This document shows positions 17,305 through 26,751 of a stretch of DNA of 64,000 nt, piece by piece; the first letter of the stretch is position 1; each line of letters begins with the position of its first letter. A program made the position numbers and the translations under genes. Under the pieces are notes generated by a model that saw nothing but the letters and a program-made list of their open reading frames with translations, was not told the DNA's origin and searched no databases. The stretch comes from a virus: IMG/VR virus record IMGVR_UViG_3300036835_000374, positions 482-64,481 of that record; one strand, given 5' to 3'.

Positions 17305-17928
17305 ATGCAGTCGGATCAGAACTCTCACCCTGCCAACCAGAAGGCCCTCACCCTTGCGCGCCGACCACAGGTGCCGCGGGACGAGTGGCTCGATGCGAAC
17401 AGGGAACTGGGCCAGCTCCTACCCATGCACGTACCGCTGCGCAAGCTCGACAGGGAGGCGCCGAGGTCGGAGCTTCTCGAACTGGGCGAGGAGAGGCCGG
17501 AGTGGTGGCTACCGCTATGGCCGTATCTCTACAGGTTCTACGACGCCGACCTGAGGCCCCTGTACATCGGGATCTCCAGTTGCCACGCCACCCGGATCGA
17601 CAACCACCGCAGGCGTTCCGAGTGGTGGCCACTCGCCGAGTACATCGCCATCTCGGTCTACCCGACGAGCACCGCGGTCGCGGAAGCAGAGCGTGCGGCG
17701 CTCAGGCACGAGCAGCCCCGCTTCAACAAGCAGGGCGTGCGTGGACCGGCCAGCGTCGCGATCAATACCCGAGGTCCAGCCGAGGCGGCGGCAGCCCACC
17801 TCTTTCGCCACGTTGACCCGGCCTTCATCGCGGCCTTGGTGGAGCTCCTGGCCCAGCCCGAGCGCTTCCCCCAGCCGGGCCCGCCCCCGCCCGCCCGGTT
17901 CGCCGATGACGAGGCGCAAAACCCCTGA
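17305..17928 (+). CDS. GIY-YIG nuclease-family protein
   Basis: YLYRFY...LYIGIS...RIDNH...AERAAL...PRFNK pattern. Confidence 0.75.
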   Translation: MQSDQNSHPANQKALTLARRPQVPRDEWLDANRELGQLLPMHVPLRKLDREAPRSELLELGEERPEWWLPLWPYLYRFYDADLRPLYIGISSCHATRIDNHRRRSEWWPLAEYIAISVYPTSTAVAEAERAALRHEQPRFNKQGVRGPASVAINTRGPAEAAAAHLFRHVDPAFIAALVELLAQPERFPQPGPPPPARFADDEAQNP

Positions 17929-17960
17929 CCACTGCATGACCGGTACGAGAGAAGATCTTC

Positions 17961-19037
17961 ATGGCCCGCGGACACGGACGCGTCCTCACCAGCATCTGGG
18001 ACGACGCCGACTTCCTCGCCCTCACCGAGCGCGAGCAACGCCTCTATCTGTTCCTCATTTCCCAGCCGAACCTCAACCACGCCGGCCTGCTCGACCTCAC
18101 CCTGCGCCGCTGGTCCCGCAAGGCCCACGGCCTCACCTCCGACGGGCTGGAGGAACTCCTTCAGTCCCTGGAGAAGGCCCGGTTCATCGTCATGGACGAC
18201 GACACCGAGGAACTCCTCATCCGCTCCTTTGTCCGTAACGACGGTGTGTGGAAGCAGCCCAAGGTGATGGGCGCCATGGTGTCCGGCGCGATGGAGATCT
18301 CTTCCTGGAAGCTGCGGCACGCGCTCCTCGCCGAGGTCGACCGGATCCCGCTGCACGAACTCAGCGACGAGCCCGGCGCCCGCGGAGTGTCGATCCGCGC
18401 TCAGGTCGCCGAGCACATCGAGAGCCTACGGAACGCCTTCGGTACCCCGCCCCCCAACCCGTCCGGAACGGGTACAGCAACCCCCTCCGGAACCCCTTCG
18501 GGAACCCCCTCCGATACCCCTGCCGAAGGGGGTCGGAAAGCCTCTACGCGCGCGCACGCGCCCGCGTCACGCGCGCATTCCCCTGCCCCTGCCCCTGCCC
18601 CTGCCCCTATCCCCAGCCCCGTAGAAGAGGGGGCTGCTGAGACCGGTGGGCAAGTCGAGCTTGTCGTCGTCGAGGACTCCGACTTCGTCGGCGCGACAGA
18701 AGCCGCGACCGTGTCTGCTCAGACGATCGTCGGCGAGTGGATCGACCGCTGCGCCAAGCGGCCCCCGTCCCAGACCATCGGCCAGACCTCGAAGCAGATC
18801 AAAAAGCTCCTCGATGACGGCATCGACCCCGATGACATCCGCCGAGGGCTCGCCAAGTGGATGGCCAAGGGCTCCGCCCCGTCCGCCATCCCGAGCTTCG
18901 TGAACGAGGCGATGAACGCGGCCTCGTCCTGGACGCCCTCGAACGTCATCGCCCTCCCCGGCCAGCAGCCACTCACTGGCACAGACGCCCGTGTAGCCGG
19001 CTGGCTCGCCCTCGCATCAGGAGACGACACCCAATGA
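17961..19037 (+). CDS. Replication initiator / replisome organizer
   Basis: IWDDADFLALTEREQRLYLFLISQP N-terminal HTH, Pro/Thr linker and C-terminal helical domain. Confidence 0.75.
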   Translation: MARGHGRVLTSIWDDADFLALTEREQRLYLFLISQPNLNHAGLLDLTLRRWSRKAHGLTSDGLEELLQSLEKARFIVMDDDTEELLIRSFVRNDGVWKQPKVMGAMVSGAMEISSWKLRHALLAEVDRIPLHELSDEPGARGVSIRAQVAEHIESLRNAFGTPPPNPSGTGTATPSGTPSGTPSDTPAEGGRKASTRAHAPASRAHSPAPAPAPAPIPSPVEEGAAETGGQVELVVVEDSDFVGATEAATVSAQTIVGEWIDRCAKRPPSQTIGQTSKQIKKLLDDGIDPDDIRRGLAKWMAKGSAPSAIPSFVNEAMNAASSWTPSNVIALPGQQPLTGTDARVAGWLALASGDDTQ

Positions 19038-19684
19038 CCCCCGACGATGCAGCGAAGCTCCTCGCCGCCTGCGCAGCCTTCGACAACCGGCAGCCCTCCG
19101 AGATCGCCAAGCGCGCATGGGCCCGCGCCCTGAACAAGATCCCGCTGGACGACGACTGCTTTGAGGCCGTCGCCCGCTTCTACGGCACCCCCGCCAAGGA
19201 CGGCCAGCGACTGTGGATCCAACCCGCAGACGTCATCACCCACCGCAACATCATCCGCGCCGAACGTCTGGAGAACTTCGTCTACGAGCCGCCCCCCGGC
19301 CTCAACGACCCGGACTTCATCAAGCGGCTCCGCGGCCAGCAGTACGCCGTTGGTAGTGGGACCCGCCCTGCTCCCTCCAAGGCTCCGGCCCTCACCGGCG
19401 GACCACATCCGAAGCTGAAGGAGACCCTGGCCCTCATTGGCCGCGACGTGCCCGGCGAAGACGACGAGGTTGCCAGGGTCCGCCGGTCGGGCCCGCTCGG
19501 AATCGAATGCCCCAAGTGCGCGGCCCCCATCGGCCGGCCATGCCGGACACCGAGCGGCAAGGAACGCGCCGTCCACCCCGCCCGCCGCGGCGAAGGATCC
19601 GACCCGACCGTCGAGGCAGCAGAGATCGAGCGACGTAGAGCCGCCTCCGCCCGCCACCTCGCCCGAGGCACCGACGCGTCATGA
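19034..19684 (+). CDS. Helicase loader/inhibitor-like protein with C-terminal zinc finger
   Basis: MTPDDAAKLLAACAAFDNRQP...AWARAL...AVARFY, plus ECPKCAA...C...H. Follows the initiator. Confidence 0.6.
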   Translation: MTPDDAAKLLAACAAFDNRQPSEIAKRAWARALNKIPLDDDCFEAVARFYGTPAKDGQRLWIQPADVITHRNIIRAERLENFVYEPPPGLNDPDFIKRLRGQQYAVGSGTRPAPSKAPALTGGPHPKLKETLALIGRDVPGEDDEVARVRRSGPLGIECPKCAAPIGRPCRTPSGKERAVHPARRGEGSDPTVEAAEIERRRAASARHLARGTDAS

Positions 19685-19842
19685 CCAACCCACCCGAATG
19701 GGCCATCCGCTGCCCCTGGTGCGGAGCATCGCCCGGCACCCGCTGCACCAGCCCCCGCGGCCGACGCCTCCCCATCCAATCCCACGACGCCCGCATCCAA
19801 GCCCACACCACCCGCAACCAGAAGACCGGAGAAAACAGATGA
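19681..19842 (+). CDS. Small zinc-finger protein
   Basis: IRCPWCGASPGTRC...SHDAR, 53 aa, coupled on both sides. Confidence 0.6.
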   Translation: MTNPPEWAIRCPWCGASPGTRCTSPRGRRLPIQSHDARIQAHTTRNQKTGENR

Positions 19843-20102
19843 CCACCCTCCAGACCTTCGCCACCTACCTGCGAGACAGCGCTCTCGAAGCCGGATACCG
19901 GATCACCCGCCGCCGCGGAAAGCGCGCCCTCGCCAAGGCCGCAGGGATGTCATACGACGATCTCAACCGCACTCTCACCGGACTCCACTGCCCAGACCCG
20001 TACGAGCTGGAGCGTCTCGCCGACGCCCTCGGCCAGCCGCTGGTGGCACTCCTCGTCGACTCGGGCATGGTCGCGCCCCGCACCGACAAGGCCACCCCGT
20101 GA
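19839..20102 (+). CDS. XRE-like HTH protein
   Basis: RALAKAAGMSYDDLNRTL...LERLADALG motif. Confidence 0.65.
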   Translation: MTTLQTFATYLRDSALEAGYRITRRRGKRALAKAAGMSYDDLNRTLTGLHCPDPYELERLADALGQPLVALLVDSGMVAPRTDKATP

Positions 20103-20302
20103 GCCCCCTCGACCGGCTCCTCGCCGAAACCATTCCCACTCGCCCTACGCCGGCGCCGAAGCCCGCCACCGAGCCGTGGACCGCCGAGGAACAAGCCCAG
20201 CACTGGGCCGACCTCGCCGCCGCCCTCAACGGCTGGCACTGGGAGGACGACACCAGCCTCTCCAAACGCCGCCGCGAAGCCCGCCGCCGCACCGCCGCCT
20301 GA
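20099..20302 (+). CDS. Hypothetical protein
   Basis: Coupled ORF. Confidence 0.55.
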   Translation: MSPLDRLLAETIPTRPTPAPKPATEPWTAEEQAQHWADLAAALNGWHWEDDTSLSKRRREARRRTAA

Positions 20303-20362
20303 CCTCCGCCGCTACCCCATTCCGCCATCCACCCCCACCCAAAACACACGGAGGACCGACCG

Positions 20363-20752
20363 ATGACCGACCAGCCCAGCCGCCCCGCAATGACCATGCG
20401 AGAGATCCGCGAACACCTCGGCCACGTCCAGCCCGGCCACCCCGAAGTGATCGTCCAGATCACCCGCTACACCGTGTCCGTCCTGCCCGCCGACGACATC
20501 AACCACCGGTACTTCGCCCTGAACGTCGAACTGACCCCACGCGGATGGATCGTCACCGACGGCCACTCCGGCTACGACGCCGACGGCACCGCCCATCACG
20601 GCGAGACGCGATGGCATCCGTTCGCCGACTACGACGACGCGCTTGCGGTCGCCCGCCGCCTCGCACCTGGCCTCACCGTCAACGGCCACACCGCGGTGGA
20701 GGCGTACCACCGGACCCTTCCGGCTGCCGCGAGCGAGGAGCCCGGACGATGA
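20363..20752 (+). CDS. Hypothetical protein
   Basis: GGAGG RBS. Confidence 0.6.
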   Translation: MTDQPSRPAMTMREIREHLGHVQPGHPEVIVQITRYTVSVLPADDINHRYFALNVELTPRGWIVTDGHSGYDADGTAHHGETRWHPFADYDDALAVARRLAPGLTVNGHTAVEAYHRTLPAAASEEPGR

Positions 20753-21138
20753 CCACACCCCGCCGGATCCAACGCCGCCGAACCCCCGGCTGGCGCGCAA
20801 ACGGCGCCCGCTACGTCGGCCGCGGCACCCGCTACGGCAACCCCTGGGCCGTCATCCACACCACCAACGGAACCGGCTGGGCAGTGCAGTGGGCAGGCCA
20901 CGCCAACCAGCACCGGCCCCTCGGCCTGAACGACTTCGTCCCGGCCAACGACCAGCGAGACGCTCACGCTCTTGCCGTCGAGCTCTTCGAGATCTGGATC
21001 CACGCCCACCCGACGCTTCTGGACCGGGTCCGCCGCGATTTGGCGCGGCGGGACCTCATGTGCTGGTGCCGGGAGTCGATGCCCTGCCATGTCGACGTCC
21101 TGCTGCGCCTCGCCAACCCCGCCCTGCCTGCTGTCTGA
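20749..21138 (+). CDS. DUF4326-family protein
   Basis: YVGRGTRYGNPW and LARRDLMCWC...CHVDVL motifs. Confidence 0.8.
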   Translation: MTTPRRIQRRRTPGWRANGARYVGRGTRYGNPWAVIHTTNGTGWAVQWAGHANQHRPLGLNDFVPANDQRDAHALAVELFEIWIHAHPTLLDRVRRDLARRDLMCWCRESMPCHVDVLLRLANPALPAV

Positions 21139-21161
21139 CCGCCCGCCCCTTGGAGGACCCC

Positions 21162-21791
21162 ATGACCCAGCCCCAGCCCCTCGACCTCGACCAGATCGAA
21201 GCCCGCGCCGCCCGCGTCGCCAACGACCCGTTCTTCGTCTCCGACTGCGAGGGAGAACTCCAGGTCTGGCGTGAGAGCGCCCTCAAGCACGTCGTCCGCA
21301 ACGATGCAGGCGAGATCACCGGCTACTGCCTGCCCGGCGTCTACCGGGCCACCGACCACGTCATCGGCATCGACCTGGATTCGTGGGACCCGGGCGAGGA
21401 CGAGACGGACGACCAGCGGCGCCAGGACATCAACGACCTTGTGGACGCACGAGCCGCGCTGCCCGCGATGGCCGCCGAGATCCGCCGCCTCCGCGCCCGC
21501 GTCGCCGAGCTGCGCATCCGGGCCGAGCAGGCCGAGGAACTCCAGCGCATCGCGCACGAGACGTCCAACAAGTCCGAGGCAGAGCGCGCCAAAGCAGCAC
21601 GCCGAGCCGCCAAGGCCGAGGCCCTGCTGCTGCACTTCACCGCCGAAGCTCACCGCCGCAAGTGGGAGTACGACCGCGGCCTCAACGCTGACGGCGTGCC
21701 GATCAAGTCCGAAGCGTTCGACGCCCTGCACCGTCTCGGCGAGGAGATGCGCGTCGAGTTGGAGAAGCTCCGCGCCGCCTCCCGGCCGTGA
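21162..21791 (+). CDS. Hypothetical protein (LDLDQIEARA type, coiled coil)
   Basis: GGAGG RBS. Confidence 0.6.
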   Translation: MTQPQPLDLDQIEARAARVANDPFFVSDCEGELQVWRESALKHVVRNDAGEITGYCLPGVYRATDHVIGIDLDSWDPGEDETDDQRRQDINDLVDARAALPAMAAEIRRLRARVAELRIRAEQAEELQRIAHETSNKSEAERAKAARRAAKAEALLLHFTAEAHRRKWEYDRGLNADGVPIKSEAFDALHRLGEEMRVELEKLRAASRP

Positions 21792-21823
21792 CCGCACCCA
21801 CACCAACCACCAGGAGCAGCAAC

Positions 21824-22480
21824 GTGACCGCCTCCACCACCGTCGTAGCCCACGGCTACACGATGCGCGACCTCGACGCCTTCGCCCGCGCCGTCGTCAT
21901 GAACAACCGCACCTGGTGGCCCGCAGGCGACCGCGACGACCTCTACTCCGCCGCCTGGCACGGCATCGTCGAACACCTCTGCACCACCGACGAACCGCCC
22001 AGCCGACGCGATCTCCTTGAGGCCGGCCGCCAAGCCCTGGTGCAGGACGTGAAGGCCACGATGCGCCACCACGGCGCCCGCCGCGACACCAGCAACAACG
22101 GCGCCCGATACGCCATGTACTGGGAATGGGCCGGACGCGCCGTACCCAGCGCGGAGGCCGGGATCGTCGAACGCATCGCCCTGGAGCAGATCCTGGCCGC
22201 GCTCACCCCACGCCAGCGCGAAGCCTTCACGGCGCTTGCTACGACGGGCGACTACCTGGACGCGGCCAGCCTCCTCGACATCGAGGCCCAAACGTTCCGG
22301 TCCCTGATCGGCCGTGCGCGCGGAGCGTTCCGCGGGCTGTGGCACGAAGGGGAGACAGCGTCGGCGCACTGGGGCTGCGACCGCCGAGCCGGTGCGGTGC
22401 GCGGAACGGTCGGCAAGGGCGAGTCGGCCGTCGCCAACCTGCGCCGCCGTCAGCGCGCTGCCCAGAAGAACGCCGCATGA
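21824..22480 (+). CDS. Sigma-70/ECF-like factor
   Basis: Region-2-like DRDDLYSAAWHGI and region-4 LAALTPRQREAF...AASLLDIEAQTFRSLIGRAR. AGGAG RBS. Confidence 0.65.
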   Translation: MTASTTVVAHGYTMRDLDAFARAVVMNNRTWWPAGDRDDLYSAAWHGIVEHLCTTDEPPSRRDLLEAGRQALVQDVKATMRHHGARRDTSNNGARYAMYWEWAGRAVPSAEAGIVERIALEQILAALTPRQREAFTALATTGDYLDAASLLDIEAQTFRSLIGRARGAFRGLWHEGETASAHWGCDRRAGAVRGTVGKGESAVANLRRRQRAAQKNAA

Positions 22481-22560
22481 CCGGCGTGGCAAGGCCCCGT
22501 GGTGCAGCAACCACCACGGGGCCAGCCCCAGCCTCCCACACCCCGACCGAAAGAACCGCC

Positions 22561-22731
22561 ATGCCCAGCCCGGCCGACGCAGCCCGCATCCTCGCCGACC
22601 ACGGCCACACCGACCCCGACACCCCCACCCACGCCGACCTGATCGCCGCCGCCCACCTCTCCGGCCTGGGCTACCCGGACCGCGAGCAGCAGCACGCCAT
22701 CCGCGACGCCCTCGGCGAGGTGCAGTCGTGA
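22561..22731 (+). CDS. Hypothetical protein
   Basis: 56 aa, coupled to the next gene. Confidence 0.5.
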   Translation: MPSPADAARILADHGHTDPDTPTHADLIAAAHLSGLGYPDREQQHAIRDALGEVQS

Positions 22732-23057
22732 CCGCCCCCGGCATCCCGCCGCTGCTGTCCACCGTCCTGGAAGGCCTGATCCCCCTGCACCTCGTCCAGC
22801 TCGCCGAGTTGAGCGACCGGGCCCGGCAGCGCCTCGCCGTGCAGTACGCCGACGAGTTGGCCGCCGGCGCCGACCGGCTGACCGCACCCGGAAATTTCGC
22901 AGACCGGGCCGAGCGCTCCCGCGCACTCACCGCTCTCGCCGGGGCCATCGCGATCGGCGCGACCCAGCCCGGTGGGGTCACCTGGGCCGGACGGCACTGG
23001 TGCACTCAGCCACATGCTGGTTGCCCCGTGAACCCAGTCAACGCATCTGCCGCCTGA
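22728..23057 (+). CDS. Hypothetical protein
   Basis: GTGA overlap. Confidence 0.55.
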   Translation: MTAPGIPPLLSTVLEGLIPLHLVQLAELSDRARQRLAVQYADELAAGADRLTAPGNFADRAERSRALTALAGAIAIGATQPGGVTWAGRHWCTQPHAGCPVNPVNASAA

Positions 23058-23089
23058 CCGACCGCCCGAACCAGCCACCAGGAGTGACC

Positions 23090-24205
23090 GTGACCGAACC
23101 GACCGAGCCCGACTTCGACGGCTGCCGCCGCGCATGCCGCCTTGCCGGGGCCCACACGCTCGTCTCAGGCGAGTGCGAGCACGCCCCCGCCCCTGAGCCC
23201 ACCGTCAGCCTGTCCCACGTCTACACGGACACCGACGGGCGCAAGTCGATCGGCTTCGACACCTACACCGTCGACCAGCTTGCCGAGCTGCTGGACCCCG
23301 TCCTGGGCGGCGAGGCGATGCGTGCCCGGAAGGGGAGCGTCGATCTGGCCCACCTCGCCGCGCACGCGATCGTGCACCGGAACGACGAGCGCGCCGCCGC
23401 TCCTGCCGGCCCGTCGCCCGCCACCGACCGGCAGGCCGCCTACGACGCCGTGTTCGCGTACATCCGGCAGCGGCCGGTCGACTTCCTGCCCGCCACGGTC
23501 GTCGACCGCAACGCCATGATCTGGCGCGCCGTTCACGCCGCGCTGGATGCCGTGCTGCCCGCGCCCACAGACCGGGCCGCCGTGCTCCGGGAAGAGGCAG
23601 CCCGCATCCGCGACCACTGCCCGGACCACCTCGACAGCGACAGCGCTCCGGGTTCGTGGATGGCCTGTCACTGCGACGTGGCCGACGACATGCTGCGTCG
23701 TCTGGCCGAGGCGCAGCAGGACCGGGAGTGCACCAACTGCGGGGGCAGCGGCCTCGACCCCAGGTACAACGGGGAGTTCGGCTGCCCGGACTGCCAGCCC
23801 GCCCGTGTGGCGCGGCAGGACCCGACACAGGACGGCACCGAGGCGCGTGCCCCGTTCATCCCGCCCGCCCACTACCGCGGCAGGGACGGGACCGTCTACT
23901 GCGTCCACGCCACCCCGGTCGGTCCGGACTCGTGCTCGGAGTGCCGGGACCTCGCCGACGAAGGGCAGCCCGCCGCCCCGGCGCGGTCCGGGCAGCCCGA
24001 CACGGACGAGGACGACGAGCTGGTGCACGTCGGCTGGTGGTGCTGGCGCGGCGACAACCACGGCCACCTCGCCACCATGCCCTGCCGCAGCGACAACGTG
24101 CCCATCCACGTCCCCGCCGAGTGGGCCGACGACATGCGGGCTGTCCTCCAGCGCATCGAGGACGGCGACGAGCCCGACACGGACCCGGAGACGGACCCGT
24201 CGTGA
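23090..24205 (+). CDS. Mosaic Cys-rich hypothetical protein
   Basis: Several CxxC modules, including CTNCGGSG...CPDC. AGGAG RBS. Confidence 0.6.
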   Translation: MTEPTEPDFDGCRRACRLAGAHTLVSGECEHAPAPEPTVSLSHVYTDTDGRKSIGFDTYTVDQLAELLDPVLGGEAMRARKGSVDLAHLAAHAIVHRNDERAAAPAGPSPATDRQAAYDAVFAYIRQRPVDFLPATVVDRNAMIWRAVHAALDAVLPAPTDRAAVLREEAARIRDHCPDHLDSDSAPGSWMACHCDVADDMLRRLAEAQQDRECTNCGGSGLDPRYNGEFGCPDCQPARVARQDPTQDGTEARAPFIPPAHYRGRDGTVYCVHATPVGPDSCSECRDLADEGQPAAPARSGQPDTDEDDELVHVGWWCWRGDNHGHLATMPCRSDNVPIHVPAEWADDMRAVLQRIEDGDEPDTDPETDPS

Positions 24206-24471
24206 TCACGGAGGCGGTCGACACCGCCATCACCCTCGCCTGGACCCTCCTCCTGTGGGTCGCGGTGATCTCCGCGATCGGCACGCTGCTGCTCCTCGGT
24301 GGGATTGCAGCGGTCGCGTGGACCGTGCGGGCCGCGTGGAGGGCGCTGAGTCGCCGTCTGCGCCACGAAGTCCCGGCGGACGGCCCTCGCTTGCTTCAGC
24401 CCTCAGATCGGCGCTCAGCGGCCCGCACAACGGATCCACCCGACGGCCGGAACCACTCAGAGGCCGCCTGA
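24202..24471 (+). CDS. Membrane protein
   Basis: Long hydrophobic N-terminus. Confidence 0.55.
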   Translation: MITEAVDTAITLAWTLLLWVAVISAIGTLLLLGGIAAVAWTVRAAWRALSRRLRHEVPADGPRLLQPSDRRSAARTTDPPDGRNHSEAA

Positions 24472-24559
24472 CGCCACGACAGCCGCCCGACCCTCCCGCA
24501 CCCCACCCCACACCCCACAAGCCGCCACACGGCGGCACAGAGCCCGAGAAGAGGCACCC

Positions 24560-24733
24560 ATGACCGACATCCACGACTTCCAAGACCGAGGCGACACCGC
24601 CCGCCGCGCCGCAGGCATCGACGGCACCGCAGGCGACGCCCAAGACCTCCCCCACAGCTTCGTCCTCGACGAGCCCACCGGCGGCTGCCTGCTCTGCGGA
24701 CTCGCCCGCAGCTACCGCAAGCACACCGCCTGA
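24560..24733 (+). CDS. Small hypothetical protein
   Basis: GAGG RBS, H...CLLC...H motif. Confidence 0.5.
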   Translation: MTDIHDFQDRGDTARRAAGIDGTAGDAQDLPHSFVLDEPTGGCLLCGLARSYRKHTA

Positions 24734-24786
24734 CCTGCCCCCGGCCGCCCCAACCCGGGGCGGCCCCCACCCAGCACGGAGCACCG

Positions 24787-24927
24787 ATGACCAAGAAGAA
24801 GCGCACCCCCACGCAGAAGCTCGCCCGCCAGATCCAAGCAGAGACCGGCAAGCCCTACACCGCATGCCTCGCCGAAGCCAAGAAGCGGCTGGCCGAGCAG
24901 CAGCGAGACGGCGGTGAGCAGCCGTGA
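24787..24927 (+). CDS. Small basic hypothetical protein
   Basis: GGAG RBS, MTKKKRTPTQKLARQIQAETGKPYTACL. Confidence 0.5.
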   Translation: MTKKKRTPTQKLARQIQAETGKPYTACLAEAKKRLAEQQRDGGEQP

Positions 24928-25145
24928 CCTACCGCTGGACTGACCCCGACGGCAACACGATCACCATCCGCCCCACCGACCACCCCGACGGACCCGCCGT
25001 CACCATCCAAGTCCGCACCTGGGCCACCAGCGGCGCCGTCGTCTCCACCGCCACCGCCCACGTGCCCGCCGACCGGCTGGAGGAACTCGTCGCCGGCCTC
25101 CGCGACACCGCACGCCAAGCAGCCAACGAGGAGCAGCCCGCATGA
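24924..25145 (+). CDS. Hypothetical protein
   Basis: Coupled ORF. Confidence 0.55.
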   Translation: MTYRWTDPDGNTITIRPTDHPDGPAVTIQVRTWATSGAVVSTATAHVPADRLEELVAGLRDTARQAANEEQPA

Positions 25146-25258
25146 TCCGCCTCCTGCCCGCCCACCTCACCCCATGGCGCTGCCGATCCTGCGGCAACCG
25201 CCACGCCCGCGGGTACTACGCCTGCCCCTACACCAACCTGCCCAGAGGGACCCGATGA
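25142..25258 (+). CDS. 38-aa Cys/His peptide
   Basis: WRCRSCGNRH...ACPY. Coupled on both sides by ATGA. Confidence 0.45.
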   Translation: MIRLLPAHLTPWRCRSCGNRHARGYYACPYTNLPRGTR

Positions 25259-26064
25259 CCGAACGCATCCGCCTCGACGACCTAACCAGCGACCAGTACG
25301 ACGCCCTCTACGAGCGGCTCCGCAAAGCCGAACGCGCCGCTGATCTCCTCGCTGGCTCCCACCGCCGCGCCGAGGCCGCGCTCGCCCGCATGCGCGACCG
25401 GTACGAAGTCCTCGCCGTCCGGATCCGCAAGCTGGCCGACGCCATGCGCGGCTCCGCCGACACCCGATGGATTGGCGACCAGATCACCGCCGCCCTCGAC
25501 GGCGCGCCGATCGCCGCCGAGGCGGCCGAGGCCGAAGTAGCCCGGCTCCGCGCTGACATCGCCGGATGCCGTGCACAGCAGTGGCCGAGGCGCCTCGGGC
25601 ACGCCGAGAAGAAACTCCGCGCCGCCGAGGCCGCCATTGAACGTGTCCGCGGCTACGTCGAACACGCGCCCGCGGCGGACGGCCCCACGATCGGCCTGAG
25701 CCCCGGGTACATCTTGGCCCTCCTCGACTGTGACCCCATGCGCACCACGATCCCGGCGGCCGGCCAGCCCGAGCCCGCGACGATCACCGACCCGGAATGG
25801 CTCCGCTACCTGTACGCCCGCGCCCTCCGCGACGCCGTCACGCTCCCCGGCAAGAAGCCCAACGCGGAAGAGCAAGTCGTCCTCGACGACCTCACAGACG
25901 CTGTGATGCGCGTCCGTGACCGGCACGTCGCCCAACTCCGGCAGCGCCTCACCCTCGCCGACGCGACCCTCCGCGAGATCCTCACCGGAGGACAGATCAC
26001 CGGCGACCGCATCACACGATGGCGGGCCGTACTGGACGAACTCACCGAACAGGCCGGCCCCTGA
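25255..26064 (+). CDS. Hypothetical coiled-coil protein
   Basis: RIRLDDLTSDQYDALY motif. Last gene of the early operon. Confidence 0.6.
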   Translation: MTERIRLDDLTSDQYDALYERLRKAERAADLLAGSHRRAEAALARMRDRYEVLAVRIRKLADAMRGSADTRWIGDQITAALDGAPIAAEAAEAEVARLRADIAGCRAQQWPRRLGHAEKKLRAAEAAIERVRGYVEHAPAADGPTIGLSPGYILALLDCDPMRTTIPAAGQPEPATITDPEWLRYLYARALRDAVTLPGKKPNAEEQVVLDDLTDAVMRVRDRHVAQLRQRLTLADATLREILTGGQITGDRITRWRAVLDELTEQAGP

Positions 26065-26301
26065 CATGCCGCGGCCCGCCGTCAGTGAAGAAACGGCGGG
26101 CCACAGCGCCTCCAAGGGCGGCCCCCATTGCGGGACTGCCGACAGTACGCCCGGCATCCGCCGCAAGGGAAGACGTGTGTCAGCGGCCGCGCGTACCCTC
26201 GAACCGCTGGACGACCGCACCTGCTCTGCCGGCCGGACAGTGCTGCTACATGCGTAGGCCCCCGCCGATCCGTCGACGGGGGCCACGCTGCGCTCCGGGG
26301 G

Positions 26302-26736
26302 CTACTCGTTGTCGGGGTCCGGCGGCCCGTACCCGGCGGACTCCAGCTCCTGCATCAGGTCGCCGACGTCCGAGCCGAGCCCGTCGTTCGCGTCACTGAT
26401 CCACTCCCACACGATCTTCAGGATCGCGCGCGCATCGGCGCCGAGCGGTTGCACTTCCGTCTGTTCTTCGATCACCGGTACTGCTCCTTGCTGCTGTCTC
26501 GTGGCGAGGTCGGTCCGCTTGCCCTGCTGCTTCGGGTTCGCCTCGAACCAGGCGGCCACCTCGTCAGCACGGAAGCGCAGCTTCGTCTTCTCCATGCCTT
26601 CCACCGGAGCGGGCGCAGGGAAGGTGCCGCCGCGACGGTAGGCGTGCACGGTCGTCCGGCTGACGCCGTACTCGGCCGCGATCTCGCTGATGCTGATCAA
26701 TCGCGGACTCCCCTCGCGCTCAGGGTTCTTGGGCAC
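26302..26736 (-). CDS. AlpA/Xis-like HTH regulator of the transfer operon
   Basis: LISISEIAAEYGVSRTTVHAYRRGGTFPAP...FRADEVAAWF. GGGAGG RBS. Divergent from the transfer genes. Confidence 0.75.
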   Translation of the reverse strand: MPKNPEREGSPRLISISEIAAEYGVSRTTVHAYRRGGTFPAPAPVEGMEKTKLRFRADEVAAWFEANPKQQGKRTDLATRQQQGAVPVIEEQTEVQPLGADARAILKIVWEWISDANDGLGSDVGDLMQELESAGYGPPDPDNE

Positions 26737-26751
26737 GGCTACATCCTCCCT

